A stretch of 64,000 nucleotides of DNA, from contig NC_043009.1 of assembly GCF_006345805.1 (NCBI RefSeq), positions 16,988,001-17,052,000 on the forward strand, written 5' to 3'. The number at the start of each line of letters is the position of its first letter. Positions within the stretch are counted from its first letter, which is position 1. Shown piece by piece: positions 63,216-64,000 of this stretch. Position numbers and translations under genes: made by a program. This stretch comes from Octopus sinensis. Lineage: Eukaryota. A model generated the notes under the pieces. The model was not told where the DNA came from and did no database searches. It saw only the letters and a list, made by a program, of their open reading frames with translations.

Positions 63216-64000
63216 GCTCCGCATCCAGTAACCTTTGGTGGTGGTGAAGCTTGCATATGTCTGCATCAGCAGCTGTAGTATGCCCAACTTGCCACACAGA
63301 TGGTACTGGCAGTTAATGAACCCCACCTGTTCTATGAAATATATTTCTTTCACAAGAAGCTAAAGGTCAGACATTCCAGCCTGAAACCTAGAACAAGCTA
63401 TGGTAGTCAAGCAATAAATGATAATGATAGAGATGATGTGGGCATTTGCCATCTCAATCTGACCTTTCAAAGATAGCTTCCTCTCAGCTCATTTCTGGGC
63501 AAAACTGGTCCACCTGTACATTGCTCCATCCCAGTTCGGATACACCTGGAGATTGTCCCACCATATCATTTGACAACATCAACCTGCCTCTCCACTCATG
63601 AAGCTGCAAGCCCACCAGCATATCTGGTTGCTTTCTGACCCAGCTACTGCCTCTCATTTTTTCAATTATGTAGTTTGTCTTTGTCACAGGTTAGTAACCA
63701 AATAGCAATTGGCCATGTTATTTAAGAACCAATACATTTTCTACATAATATCATATTTCTTAAAAATGTGAATTTTCTGAATCGTTGGAGGGATGAAGAA
63801 AATGCCTATTAAGTTACATGGCACTTTACATTCTGAGTTCAAATCTTGCGATGTCAGCTTTGTCTTTCATGCTTCAGGGATCAATAAAAGAATGTCCCAG
63901 TCAAATTCGGCTCATATACCTGTCCTCCAAGTCTGAGGGATGTACCTATATTAGAAAACAGTTTATTAAATTTCTACTTACTTTATTACTTTTTATTTTG

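Overview
This is AT-rich, repeat-dense eukaryotic DNA. Its SINE families and microsatellite load match what I recognise from Octopus (coleoid cephalopod) genomes; that assignment is inference, not a database match. Almost all ORFs in the supplied track are low-complexity or transposon debris. Two real spliced genes are recoverable, both on the minus strand. (1) The 5' end of a probable ciliary gene, tentatively DNAI7/CASC1-like: an ATG-only first coding exon at 11432-11434, an RFX X-box 44 bp upstream, and exons at 4533-4647 and 898-992. (2) The last three exons of an extracellular HYR / 6-Cys sushi / Ephrin-receptor-like protein of the SVEP1/uninflatable type, at 60866-60971, 60005-60202 and 57745-57917. 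The rest is layered mobile DNA: three main tRNA-type or RTE-tailed SINE families, R4/Dong, RTE, Tx1, CR1-like and Jockey-like LINE remnants, mariner, Tigger and hAT-Charlie remnants, Helitron-like non-autonomous elements, and two Penelope-like elements. One Penelope-like element has ~0.7 kb inverted terminal repeats, each carrying a decayed minimal hammerhead-ribozyme motif. There are also two long palindromes, at 54432-55182 and 58060-58370. No tRNA, rRNA or CRISPR array was found.
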